Source: Camelus ferus (lineage: Eukaryota). From it: a stretch of DNA of 64,000 nt. The notes beneath the pieces are model-generated. The model made no database searches, had not been told where the DNA came from, and saw nothing but the letters and a program-made list of their open reading frames with translations. Below are positions 11,031 through 23,460 of the stretch, in pieces. Both the position numbers and the translations under genes were made by a program. Location: assembly GCF_009834535.1 (NCBI RefSeq), contig NC_045696.1, positions 26,042,001 to 26,106,000 of the forward strand, written 5' to 3'. Numbering within the stretch: position 1 is the stretch's first letter; the number at the start of each line of letters is the position of its first letter.

Positions 11031-12499
11031 AGTTTACTTCAGCCAAGGCCTATAAAGAAACCGTTATTTTGGTGATCCCTATTGAGGACTTGAACAATGG
11101 TAGACATAGACTGACTGCTTAAATCTGAATGAGCCAGTGAACGTGCGCAATAAGACAAATACATATGTGATGTTTAAGTGAACAGATTACTCATTTGAGT
11201 ACTTTTAGAGATTGTGTAGAAGAAATAATGCCTTTAGACTATTTGTTCATAAACACATACTCTCTAAAGTAAAATTTAGAGTTCATAATTAATTTTTTGA
11301 TTAAATGTTCAGACATCTTTAAAATTATAATTATTGGAAATCATTAGGTAAATATGAACTAATATATAACATTTAGCTTATATGCAGTATTCCAGAAGCA
11401 TATAGCACAATGGAGTAAGATTGAACTGTACTTTTTTTTCCCCCATTTTATGAATTTATTCTTCTTTATCTCTGCTGCCAAAAACTTATGGATCATACTA
11501 GATCCACACATCCTTAAATTAAAAAAAATATTTTAGTTTAATGCAAATAGATTATTTTATTTCTTTCTGAGACTGAACTACATAATGTTAAAACTATAGC
11601 ACTTTGGTCTGCTCCGTAGATTAGAATGAATTTTGGTCCAGAAGTATGTGACATCTTATTTTGGTCAACTTTTAAAAAACTTTATTATGTAAAACTTTCA
11701 AGTTCAAGACTGAGAATCTGACCAAAGTCAGGAAGCAAACATGTGAACTTAGTACTCTCCACATGTAAAACCAAAACAACAAAAGTGTTAGACTTCCTAT
11801 TTACAAAGCATATTTTAAAATAATTTATAGATAATTTGTTTCGTGAATACATTAAGTTTTTGGCTAAAAAATTATGGAAAGTACAGAAATGTAGCCCAAA
11901 CACCTCTTGAAAAGGATCTCAGTTGTGCCCACTGGTTATTTGTTTACCTCTGCTTCACTTTGTGTTAAGACCTGGGATATATCTCATTAATCAGAATTTT
12001 AAAACATACAAATGCAGCCAAAATATTTTCAGTTTTGCATTTTAACAAAATTTCAATTCCAAACCTCTGAAAAAGAAATTTTCATCTAGACAAACAAGTA
12101 GGAAACATGCTCTTCACCCTGTATTTTGGTTCTAAGCACCCATTTCCTCTAAGCACCAAACAGTATTTTCATATTTCATATTATCTTTTCATAATTTTTA
12201 ATAAGATAATGAATTATTTCACATTATATTATTGTTGGTGGTAGTTTTGGGTCTAACTTTCTATTTTTTATGATTAATCATTATATTGAAAATTATATTT
12301 GTTACCAGTAGGAAATAAGAAATGTCACATACCCTACAAAGACCGCAGGTGAATTGATAATTTTTTTCCTTAATGTTTCATGTTTTCCCGTGAATCAACC
12401 CAGTTTGGCCTTCCATTCATAAAATTGTCTGTATATTTACAAAAGAAGTGCTTCAATTACTATCCCTTACTTCAGCATCTCCTTCAACATTTCCCTACT

Positions 12500-12790
12500 T
12501 TATATATTTAGCTAATATATGTTGAGCATCTACAATGTATCTGGTGGTTACAGGCTCAGGGGCAGAACAGTAGACCATATAGACAAAGATTTGCGTTTAT
12601 AGAACTTCTATGTAAAAGAGGAAGACAGAAGATAAACCTATAAACAACATAAAATTTAACATTAGGTAGAGAGTAAAGACACCATAAAAGAACATCAAGG
12701 GATAGAAAATGCTGCTGGGGTGGGAAACTATGCAGAGTAGTTAAGTGGAGGCAGCAGTGGTAGAAGGCAAGCCTTGCAGATGTCTGCTGC
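12500..12790 (-). mobile_element. L2 3' fragment
   Basis: atatatgttgagcatctacaatgtatctgg is an antisense L2 terminus. Confidence 0.6.
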
Positions 12791-15142
12791 ATACTCTTTC
12801 AATAATGGATAATCCATCTTTATCTTTCCCCTCCATTGATCATTTTGTCTTGTAGAACTGGAGCTCCCAACACAGATTAGGATGTGATTTCAGAATACCT
12901 TAAAGTACTGCCATGTGAAACTATATGTTGATGCCTAGATTGTTGGTTTTGAATTTTTAAAAGAAAAGATGCTCCTTCAGCATGTTTGCTATAGACTCAT
13001 GCTCAGTTGATCCCAACTCTCCAAAATCTGCTTGACAGAAAATGCACATTCACAAACTGATTTCAGTGCTTCAAATTAATGAAAAGACACCCCACTTTAT
13101 TAAACAGTTGAGGATGTATGCTCGAGAAAACCAACAAAGAGAAAATTTTAAAAATCTAAGTAACTAATAATGCACTTTAAATAAGTATCATTTTAGTTCT
13201 TTGAAATACTTTTATAACCTCCTCAATATATATATACAATTATTTGTTGCCATGTATTTATAAAAAAACCTCAATTTACATACAATCACTTTGGCTCATG
13301 ATTATATTTAAATATTTCTCAGTAACACTTTCTAAGACATAACTATTTTGTTTTCTTTAGTCCTTTTCAGAAGTATCTGGAAAGTAGGAAGATACTCATA
13401 GTAAGAGCAAACATAATCTATTTCTCCAAGTGTCAAGTGGAAGTTGGAATAGAAATACTTATCTTGTTCTGTCTGTTGCTACTGTTGTTTAGACACCACA
13501 CTGATGCTAGGTGTGCTTGAATACTGATCTAAATTTGGATGACTTGGGTATCTGCCAGTAGTTCCAAAACAATTCACTGTGATGTAGTTAGTGTATTTTG
13601 GGTGTGTGTTAACATATCATAATATGTGGCTACTTACTATATGTATTTCTTTTATTTCTAAATTAGTTATTTTCATTATTACTAGGTACATAATATTCTT
13701 TAGAAGCAGTGAAAATGAAAAGCTTTTAAAAAAAATGTCTTGCATAATGAAAATTCAGAGAGCTTTATATTTAGTAATTGCCTGTAGGTGTAGATTGTCA
13801 GTGTCCTTTCCATTATTAACAACAGACTTCAAAACTCCTGGTCAGTTGCTAATAACTCTTCACTTCTCAGGAGATCGGAATACTATAGGCAAGTTTACTT
13901 AATAAATGTGAAAAAAAAAAAACTTAAACTAAGCAGAAGACTCTGTGCACATCTCCTTTTTAATTATTTTTTCTATGTTGCTATGAAAATATATTTTATT
14001 ATTTCACATAATGTATGAATATGTACAGATACATACACATGTTTGTATGTTTTGAAGATTTATGTTTTGAAGAAAACATAGACTAAAAGAATTGTAAATA
14101 TTTTATGTGAAATATTAGGACCACAGGAAAAACCTAATCAAAAGTAGGAGGCAGGCAAAAGCCACACATTAAATTTGTGCAGCATCAAGATGATAAAAAA
14201 AAGAATGTGTTGGCACTTTTTTTGTTGCTATCGATACCGTCTTTTTTATTTTATATGTAAATATAGAATCTTAAATCTCCCATAAACTTAGCTGCTTTCC
14301 ATACAAACACAAATAATCAAACATAAACAAAACAAAAAGATGCTGTTATAAGGAAATATATGTGAATATAAGATCTTAAACAACTGCTCAAGTTGGTTAA
14401 ATTGTCTCTTAACAAGTTGCAGTCCTGGCTGTACTCTATTAAGGAGATACTTTCATGAACAGGAGCCCATTTGTAATTAGATAAGGAAAACTGACAGCAA
14501 CAGTGAGTTAGTGGCTCCCATGGAATGACAAGTATTGACTGAATACCGGGCTGTGTTTGAGATGGTGAGGGAGTCGATAAAAGCATCAGGGCTTGTTTGA
14601 AGTACCACTGCCAGCGATGCTTTAATTTGCCGCCTGGAAAAGAGCCACAGACATTCTTCCCCCATGTTTAGTGTTGATGAGACCTAACACTTACATTTAA
14701 TCTTGTTTACCACTAAAAACAGTTGTAAGTGGTATAAGGCACCACAAAGAGGAAATAAAAAAGGGGGTATATTTTGTATGAACTCCATGGTGCAGCCAAG
14801 ATCTAGAAAAATAAACCTCATTTGAACCATGGAACCAAGTGTGGAAGGAACAGTTTAACAAATAAAAGAAAAAAATCAGTTGAGAACAAAAGTGTGGAAT
14901 GATTTTGGGAAGAGATAGAGTAGAATAATGTTTCTAAACTCTATAGAAATCCTATCTATATTTTTCTCTATACCACCTCAGTTGGATGAAAGAAAATGCA
15001 TTTAAAAGGAAATGCAGTGAAGTTCATAAACACATTAGGGATGTGTTATCTCCATAGAATCGAAGATCTCATTTCATACTTCTGTTTAAAAGCAAATTTT
15101 TCTTAAATACTTCTCAGATATTTTTGAAACGTTATATAGCAA

Positions 15143-15144
<2 letters not shown>

Positions 15145-15178
<34 letters not shown>
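15145..15178 (+). repeat. (TG)17 microsatellite
   Basis: Perfect TG run read directly. Confidence 0.95.
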
Positions 15179-15183
<5 letters not shown>

Positions 15184-16667
15184 ATGGTATATGAAGAGAG
15201 AGATAAATTATATGATAAAATTTTAATGTATACTTTTGTATGTGATATTTCTTTTGGCCCACAATATCTACCCATAAAAATCCACAAAAGCACGTAGATT
15301 TTAATATTGACCCTTAGAACTCTCAAGTAAAATGATTATTGGAAAGTGTTACTTCTGGTCCACATTCTGCTGAGTTGCATTTACCTTACTGCTAGCACTC
15401 AATAGACACCGTTATAAAATTTGCACATAATTATTACTACAAGTTCAAATAATCCCCTACATGTGACCTTCAGGGATTAATTAAATAAGGGTAGAATTTA
15501 AAAATACAGTACTAGATTGTTTAAATCTTACTTGGTTGCCAGTGTTTATTGTTGCCCACCTGTTGAAATGGAGGAAATGCCAAAGATAAACTGAAATGCC
15601 TTTTGGCTGTGCCAAGAACAGCTTAGGATTTTGTAGTGAAACCACATTACATTCCTCTTAGACTTAATTAGATGATCTAAAGATTGACGTGCTGTGGAGA
15701 TAATGACTGTATAAAGGATGAGATATGGCCCATGCTTCTGCAAGAAGCTTGCAGAAGGGGCTCTTTCCTTATATCTGTATACCTTTCAAAGTCCTGTGTG
15801 TGTCTTTCTTGGGGGGGGGGGATCACCTGTGATTGAGAATGTAGGTCTGAATTTATTAACGTAGGATTGTTCTGCCACATTAAGCCTTTTATCTCAATAT
15901 ATCATTTTAAACATACGAAATAAAAAAAAATTGAGAGATAACTGTAATATTTAGCTAATATTTTCTCACACATGCCTAGGTCCCCTAAAGTGTTTAAAGT
16001 ATATCTCTCTTTCTAAAATCTTTGGAGAAATTTAATAGGAACAGGCATACCACCTAATGAAATCATTCAGAATGTAAAATGTTAAGTTTGAAAGTGCATT
16101 ATTAAGTACTGTAACTGGTAAAAAGAATGATGCATGAATATGCTGGATTTTTGTATGTTTCAGAATGTCTTGATGTGTGTTCTTATTATTCTAGTGTACA
16201 TAAATTGTCAAACATTTGATTCGAGTGAAAATACTTTAAAATGCAAAATCACGTGAAAATTGATTAACATAGTTTTGTGGTAAACCCAATAAAGTTGATT
16301 AAATTAGTCATTTTCTTAAGTAGGGAGAACTATTAACATTTCTGTTATTGGAACAATGATTGATTTTAGTTAAGATAGCCTTAAGTTCTTCATAGGCCAC
16401 AAGCATCAGTATAGTTTTAGCTGTATGTATCCTGCTGTTACGAAAATTGTTAGTCACCTTCTGTTTCTTAGTAAATGATTATTTCATAGGTTTTATGTAG
16501 TTCCCTTGAAAAGACTTATTTGGCAACTTTTGTAATCATCCTTAACAAGGCTAATTGAGATTACTGCCTACCAGGAAATTGCCAACAGCTGAGACCGAAT
16601 ATTCGTCCCATTCATATTGGTATCTTATATAGTGTTAACAATTTATGACGGTGGGAAAAGCCAGGTA

Positions 16668-16940
16668 ACTCATTCATTCATTCATTCATTCATCCATTCA
16701 ACAAAGTGGTTGAGAACTGACAGACTACAGGCCTTGTGCTTGGGGTTGGGAAAACAGATATACACAGTCCCAATCATAAAGAAGTCCCTAGTCCACAAGG
16801 AGAGAAGAACATGCAAATAAATTACCATAATATGGTAAAGTACAGTGTGATCAGCACAGTAATAGAGGTATGTACAAGTTAGGACAATAATTCTGAAGGA
16901 GGGAGTGATTAATTCTGTTCGAGGCGGGATGGGGAGGGAT
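16668..16940 (-). mobile_element. L2 3' end with (CATT)n tail
   Basis: cattcattcattcattcattcatccattcaacaaagtggttgag...ttgtgcttggggttggg is a typical antisense L2 terminus. Confidence 0.8.
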
Positions 16941-17706
16941 TGAATTCGAGCCCATTCTTTTGAATAATTCATAAGAGAGCAACAGTCCATCCTCCTAAAT
17001 TGAGTAGTTTAGCCAAAGAGTGCTGCCAACCTATCGATCAGCTGATGAGTAGACAGACCTGAGACTGAGCAGACCTCAGTGAATAGTGAGCTGACAGAAG
17101 CAGGCTTGGTGCCATTTGTAGCTTTATCCCTTAAACTTCAGTGAGTCAGTGTGCTGTACAGTTGCTCCCAAGTTCTACTGTGAAAGGAACTTAAAAAAAA
17201 AGATGTTAGTAAAGAATGTCTAGAGATGCAGGTAACCAGGCTGTAAGTGACATTATCTGAGACCTCCTGAATACAAGCACTCTTCATGGAATACAAGTCA
17301 CCAAATCTATCTTTGAATGAAAGTGTTACTTTATCATTATCTGAGGAGGTAGAAGGAATAAACAAAATGAAACTTAAAATAAAAAAAAAAGTTTCCCTGA
17401 CCTTTCCCTAAGTCTTTATTATCTGCCTAATCAGATTCCAGATTGTCTCTGCAAATCTGTATTTTACCAGTGGCAACTCGTATTTTATTGTTATTAACCC
17501 ATCAAGTGTTCTCAAAAACAAATCTAAACCAAAAACAAACAAAAAATGTTTGTTTCTTCTAACCTCCAAAGCTGAATGCTCTTCCGTTTATTTGCTCCTC
17601 TATCATCTTTAAGAATTCCAGGAGACTAAGGGTTCCTTCCCTCTTCTCCAGTGTTACCATAGGGATTACTTCCTTTACTGGACACATGACCAAGTGGTAG
17701 AGTAAT

Positions 17707-18088
17707 TGCTGTGGGATGAATGTGTCCCTCCAAATTCATGTGCTAATATCTTAATTCCCAATACCTCTGAACATACCTGTATTTGGAGATAGTCTTTACA
17801 GAGGTGATGAAACTAAAATGAGGTCATTAGGGTGGGTCTTAATCTAACAGGAGGAATGTCCTTCTGAAAAGGAGATTAGGACACAGACATGTACAGAGGA
17901 AAGATCATATGAGGAAACAGGGAAAAGACAGCCATCTGCAAGCTAAGGAGAGAGGACTGAGAAGGAACCAACTCTGCTGACATCTTGATCTTGGACTTCT
18001 AAGCTCCAAAATTGTGAGACGATACTTTTTTTGTTTAAACCCCTCAAAATGTGACATTTTGTCCTTAACAGCCCTACAGACTAATACA
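17707..18088 (+). mobile_element. Solo ERVL-MaLR LTR (MLT1A/B-like)
   Basis: Begins tgctgtgggatgaatgtgtccctccaaattc, ends actaataca, and contains aatgaggtcattagggtggg and ttgatcttggacttc. Confidence 0.88.
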
Positions 18089-18689
18089 ACGGTGATGAAA
18101 GGTATTGTTTGTGTATTTTGCCAGTTCAGTTGCCTTGATATTTCATGTGGACTAGAACCTCTTGATCATGTCTAGAACATGAAGTGGATCACAGTTCACA
18201 TAATAAACACTCAGTAAATCACTGTGGAATTGATTAACTTTCGTATTTTCAAATGATATGCCAACATTTGTAAAAATATTTGCTCTCCTTGATTTACACT
18301 GTGCTGTTTATCACAGCACAGTGTCAGTTTTTCTGCTTGTCTTTAATCATCATTTCTTTCACATTAGGTTGCATCTGAAGTTTGCTATCTATTCCCTTAT
18401 GACCCTGGACATCATTAGATCCCATTAAACATGAAGCAAACCTTCAGGATAAAAATATTTATAGATATGTTCACTGAATGATTAGGAGGATGTTTATAAG
18501 ATTGGTATAATGAATGAAGGCTCAGGAGATTTCCTTGTTGCTGGACAACAAAACCTGAATCTCCAGACCTAATCTTGACTAATTATAAAGTGTGTATGTG
18601 TTTTATCCTTATAAATCTTACATCAGCTTTAATTTTAAATTCTGAAATTCATACAATATTTTGCCTTTTGAACAGAAATTCAAAACTAG

Positions 18690-19930
18690 AAGTGCAGCTA
18701 TTTAATTGACATGAAGCATCCTCCATGTATAAGGTACCGTGGGAGATGGGAGATGAATTAAGTGTAGATTTTGCCATTAATGATCTTATCTTCTAATACA
18801 GGAGATATTATGTAAAGATAAGGAACTGCGACAGAGTAGGAAAATATGCAATCAAGAAATGATACAGATAAAATATAAAGAGTTCAAAGGATCCTTTCTA
18901 TCTGTGACAATCAAATAGTAATTGATAGAAAGTTGGCAACTATAAAAAGGATGGTGGGTTTTGCGTTCGCATATCAAGGAGTTTGAAGGGAGAGGACATT
19001 TTGAGCTGGTGGGATAATGTGAGTGAAAGCAGGTAAGAAAATGCATATATTTTTCTTAAATATATGTAAAACACATTAATTGGGAATGAAAGATAATATT
19101 GAAATAAGTTTGCTTCACATTAGGTAGTCCTTCAATATCAGTTTAAAGAAATTATATCATTGTATAGGAAGTAAATATACTTACTGTTTCTGAGTATGAA
19201 TTTCACATGAAAATATTCTGCTTCCTTTATATATAAAATGAATTGGGGAAAAAAGCTTTAGAGGATATTTCATAATCTGCAATTGTGCAAATAAAACTGA
19301 GATAATACAGTGCCCATTGTCACATACTCAGACTGTAGCATAATGCTTGATACTTAGTAGCTTTCAGAACTTGTTGATGAATTAATTATAATCACAGCCT
19401 GAAATAGCAAAGTAGCCATAGAAATGGTGCATAATGAATGAGGGAGATATTGGAAAACAGACCCTGCAAAACTCGACAGGTGTTTGTGAGGATTCATGCC
19501 TGCCATACAGATAGGTCCCACCAAAAAGGGTGAAGGCAGAGATAAGTTTATGTGGAAGACAGTGTGTTCATTTGGGAATGTACCACTGGAAATAGTATGT
19601 AATAACCATCTTAGATTTAGGTGTAGAGAAAGTGGAAAGGTGAAGGGAGAGTCAGATTACTAACGTGGAGATTGTAGGGAGACACAGATAATGCTGAAAA
19701 TGGGTTTTTGAGAAATGAATATTTGGGGAATATAACAGAAATGGAATCACACAGAAGGAAACAAGTGAGTGAGTAGTCAGAGAAGTAGAAGGAATACCAA
19801 ATTGTTAGCATTGCAGAAATTAAGGAAATTAGAAGTGAATAATAATTTTTAATGCCATGGGGAAATTGAAATGCAGTTGGGTGGGAGGAAAGGCCGAAAG
19901 TTTTGAAGATTCACTGATGGTCTTTACAGA
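18690..19930 (-). mobile_element. Degenerate L2 fragments
   Basis: Several purine-rich antisense L2-like segments. Boundaries are approximate. Confidence 0.45.
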
Positions 19931-20189
19931 GAAGATTCCACAGATTAATACCTTTTGATTCAAATTGACAAGGGGGTAAAAAAAAAAATTGTGTGACTGT
20001 TAGTGTAATGGGAAGTGATAGTTTGAAGGACCATCAGGAAGAGAAGCCCTTTAGGATAGAGAAAGAAGAAATCTAATTTGTAACAGAAGCAACTGGTGAA
20101 GCCTGTTCCTCAGTCAAATGCAAATGAGTTTATCTGGAGTACAGAGGGCTATATGGGACTTTCACAAAAAGATAGAGGGTTTTTTGTTC

Positions 20190-20385
20190 TTTTCCTGTAA
20201 TGAGAGAATTGCTTTGACTGGTCATCTTTCATACCTGATAACAATTCTTGAAGGTAGCTATTAGTGGTCTGACATTGAAATTGTGGTTCCATGAGGTTAA
20301 GTAACAACTCAAATCGTACAACAATTTGTGCCAAATTAGAATTCTATCCTGATCGTTGTGGCTTCTAACTTGCAGCCTTTTATTA
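20190..20385 (-). mobile_element. MIR
   Basis: gaaattgtggttccatgaggttaagtaacaactcaaatc resembles the reverse MIR core. Confidence 0.55.
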
Positions 20386-20405
20386 CTGTTTTGCTTTTTA
20401 CTTAC

Positions 20406-20645
20406 CTGTTTTTTCAAACATTTTTTTGGAGTTATAGTCATTTTACAATGTTGTGTCAAGTTCCAGTGTAGAGCACAATTTTTCAGTTATACATGAACAT
20501 ACATACATTCATTGTCACATTCTCTTTTGCTGTGAGCCACCACAAGATCCTGTATATATTTCCCTGTGCTACCCAGTACAATCTTGTTTTTCTCTACTAC
20601 ATTTTGAAGTCCCAGTCTGTCCCTTCCCACTCCCTGTCCCCCTGG
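20406..20645 (-). mobile_element. Severely 5'-truncated L1 3' UTR, same lineage as the L1 at 510-3136
   Basis: Clearly similar to 516-737 (cattttacaatgttgtgtcaa...cacaatttttcagttat...ttccctgtgcta). 13-bp TSD gctttttacttac at 20393-20405 and 20646-20658. Confidence 0.92.
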
Positions 20646-21158
20646 GCTTTTTACTTACTTTTGCTTTGTTTTTTTGTGTTTTTTTTTTTTTCCCTTCTCA
20701 TGAGCTAATAAAAAATGCTTTAACTTTCTTTTGATTAGGTAATATTTATAGAGTGAACTGGTCTGCTGAATTGTTACATATATGTAATGTAATATGAACC
20801 ACATCAACATCAGGTGATTGTAAACTTGTGCTTTTAGTATTTAGGAGGCAGAAAGTAAAAGCTATACATTTCTGTAATCACTGTCACAAATGTAATCACA
20901 GCTATTACTTCTCCTACAAAATTCTAACTGAAATAATTGAAAATGAAGACACTAAGACTGATCCTTCATTTTAAAAATACAAATGAAAGAGCAACTAGGA
21001 CTAAGTAAACCATCTGCATTAAAATATTTCTTCTAGAGAGTGGCTAAGTTCTAAGAAGAATTGAAAATTAGTATTTGATCTACTTAATTTAACTTTTCTA
21101 TTTAGATTAACTTGAAACATTGACCATTTAGCAAAGTGCAAACTAATGCTTTCATTTT

Positions 21159-21701
21159 ATTTATTTACTTTTCCCCTCCAATTTTATTGTTTATATAATT
21201 GACATACAGCACTGTATAAGGTGTACAGCATGATTTGCTTCATATACATCGTGAAGTGATCATCACAGTAAGTTTAGTGAACATCCATCACATCATACAG
21301 ATACAAAATTAAAGAAATGGAAAAAAAATTTATGATGATGATGCTTAGGATTTGCTCTCTTAACAACTTTCATATATAACATACAGCAGTGTTACTTATA
21401 TTTATCATGTTGTAAATTACATCCCTAGTACTTATTTATCTTATATCTGGAAGTTTGTACCTTTTGACTGCCTTCATCCTATTTCTGCTCCCCCAACGCC
21501 CACCTCTGGGAACCATAAATCTGATCTCTTTTCCTATGAGCTTATTTGTTTGTTTTTGGAGTATAATTGATCTATAACACTATGTTAGTTCCTCTTACAC
21601 AGCATAGTGATTTGATATTTCTAATCATCTCAAGTTGATCACCATAAATCTAGTTACAATATGTCATCATACAAAGATATCACATAGTTTTTCACTGTAT
21701 T
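21159..21701 (-). mobile_element. Older L1 3' UTR fragment (L1MA9/artiodactyl type)
   Basis: tataattgacatacagcactgtataag...ctggaagtttgtaccttttgac...aaccataaatctgatctc. Near-perfect TSD taatgctttcatttt (21144-21158) and taattctttcatttt (21702-21716). Confidence 0.88.
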
Positions 21702-23416
21702 TAATTCTTTCATTTTGAAATATAATATGCATAAAGTTTGGTTTTGTCATTCTTGGGAACCTGCAAGTTCTGATTGGTGCCCAAAGGGCCCATTTATCCA
21801 ACACCCAAACTGCACCAAAAGTAACTGAATGCCACTTTAAAATAAATAGACTTAAAATTAGTCAAATAGATTGTAAATATTCAGTAAAAAAAAAAAACCT
21901 TTATATTCATGATGAAGATTTTTGTCTACTGTTGTTTTTGGTCTTATTTTGAGAGGCAGATGCATATAAAGACTTGCACTTATAAGTACTTAAGTCTGAC
22001 TGCAGAATCTATATAGATCCTTACATTCAGTGCTTCCTGAATTCAACTTACTAGTATTTTTTTCTTTTTAAAAATCCTAGACAGTTTCTCCAATTCTATT
22101 TATTTCTGCAGAGTTTCTCTTTATAGTAAATTATAGGAAAAGTAATTCTGCAATTCTTTTAAGTTTCAAATCTCAACTGTTTCAAGAATAGAAAATAAAG
22201 TGTACTTTGTTTAAAATTAATCTGTACATTTATAATTGGTATATAAGTATTTTCTTTCATCATAAACCGTTGACATAGGTGCCTAAGAATGACCTGACTT
22301 CTTCATTTTAGAACTGAGTAAGGATAAAGTCAGTAAATTATAAATAATGTTCAATTTAATTGCTCAGATCCAACTACAAGATACTGACTGCATCACATAT
22401 ATACTGTGAATAAAATGACTCCTGACTTCAATATGATGATAAAATATTATAATAGTGTTTTCAAATGAGGTAAATGAATAAGAGAATAAATTTTAAAACA
22501 TTAAGCATGAGAAGTTTCAGGTTTGTTGTGCTTTGCTTACGTATTCTGTTTGACATTTTGTGGATCCTTCCTTTGAATGATCAGTGTTTGCAAAAAATTA
22601 AATAAATAAATAAATAAATGAGAGAGCAAGAGAGAGCAAGAAGGATTGAAATAAAATAAACTTACTCACTTACATATGGTTTACTCTGAAGGGTAAAAGC
22701 CAACTGAATAGATTTACAAACATATAGAGAAATTAGTGTATATGATATTTTTTCCATTGAAAGGATTAAATAATATGAAAGGAAGCACTAATATTTGTCA
22801 AAACAGAGCTATCTCTACCCTAGAGGGTTATTAATGTCTAGATATGTTTTATATGCAAAATGATCTGTCAAGATTATGGAAAAAAAATTCTGACACCTGC
22901 TTCCTTATCAGTGCCCTAGAAGCAAAGGTGAAGAAATGGATTTCTGGGCATTTGATTGTTTGTGTGCTAGATTTGTCTGTGAATATATATGCTTTTACAT
23001 AACATTTTCATACTTATCTGTGAGTCCTTGATTAGTTGAAGGCAGAAAAACTACCACTTAAGGTAGAATGTATAGTCCTAGAACAAAATGTACTTGTTTC
23101 AGGATTAAACTGGCAATAGCATTTTATTATGCTGTAAGGGAACATTTTAATTTTGTGTCTTTATAGTCTAGCATCCCTCTGGTTGCATTTTATATACATC
23201 AACATTTAAAAAAAAATTAGTTTTGAAATTACAAAAATCTGCAAAAGGATATTTATCTAAAATATTTTTAGATCTATATTCTTGACAGAGCCAAAAAAGT
23301 AGTCTAGAAGAAAGAATTCCCTTGATATATTTTTAAGCAATGCATGGTGGGGAAAGATAACATTTCTAGTTCAAGAACAAATACTTAAAACTTGAAGCCA
23401 GATTACTTGTGTTATC

Positions 23417-23447
<31 letters not shown>

Positions 23448-23460
23448 TTGAGAGAGAGAG
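23417..23460 (+). repeat. Compound (TG)n(GA)n microsatellite
   Basis: Read directly. The TG run is interrupted. Confidence 0.9.

Noticed and set aside
13371..13400. Possible 30-nt exon (ttttcag|...ata|gtaaga, KYLESRKILI)
   Set aside because: Weak donor, competing upstream AG and no other support.
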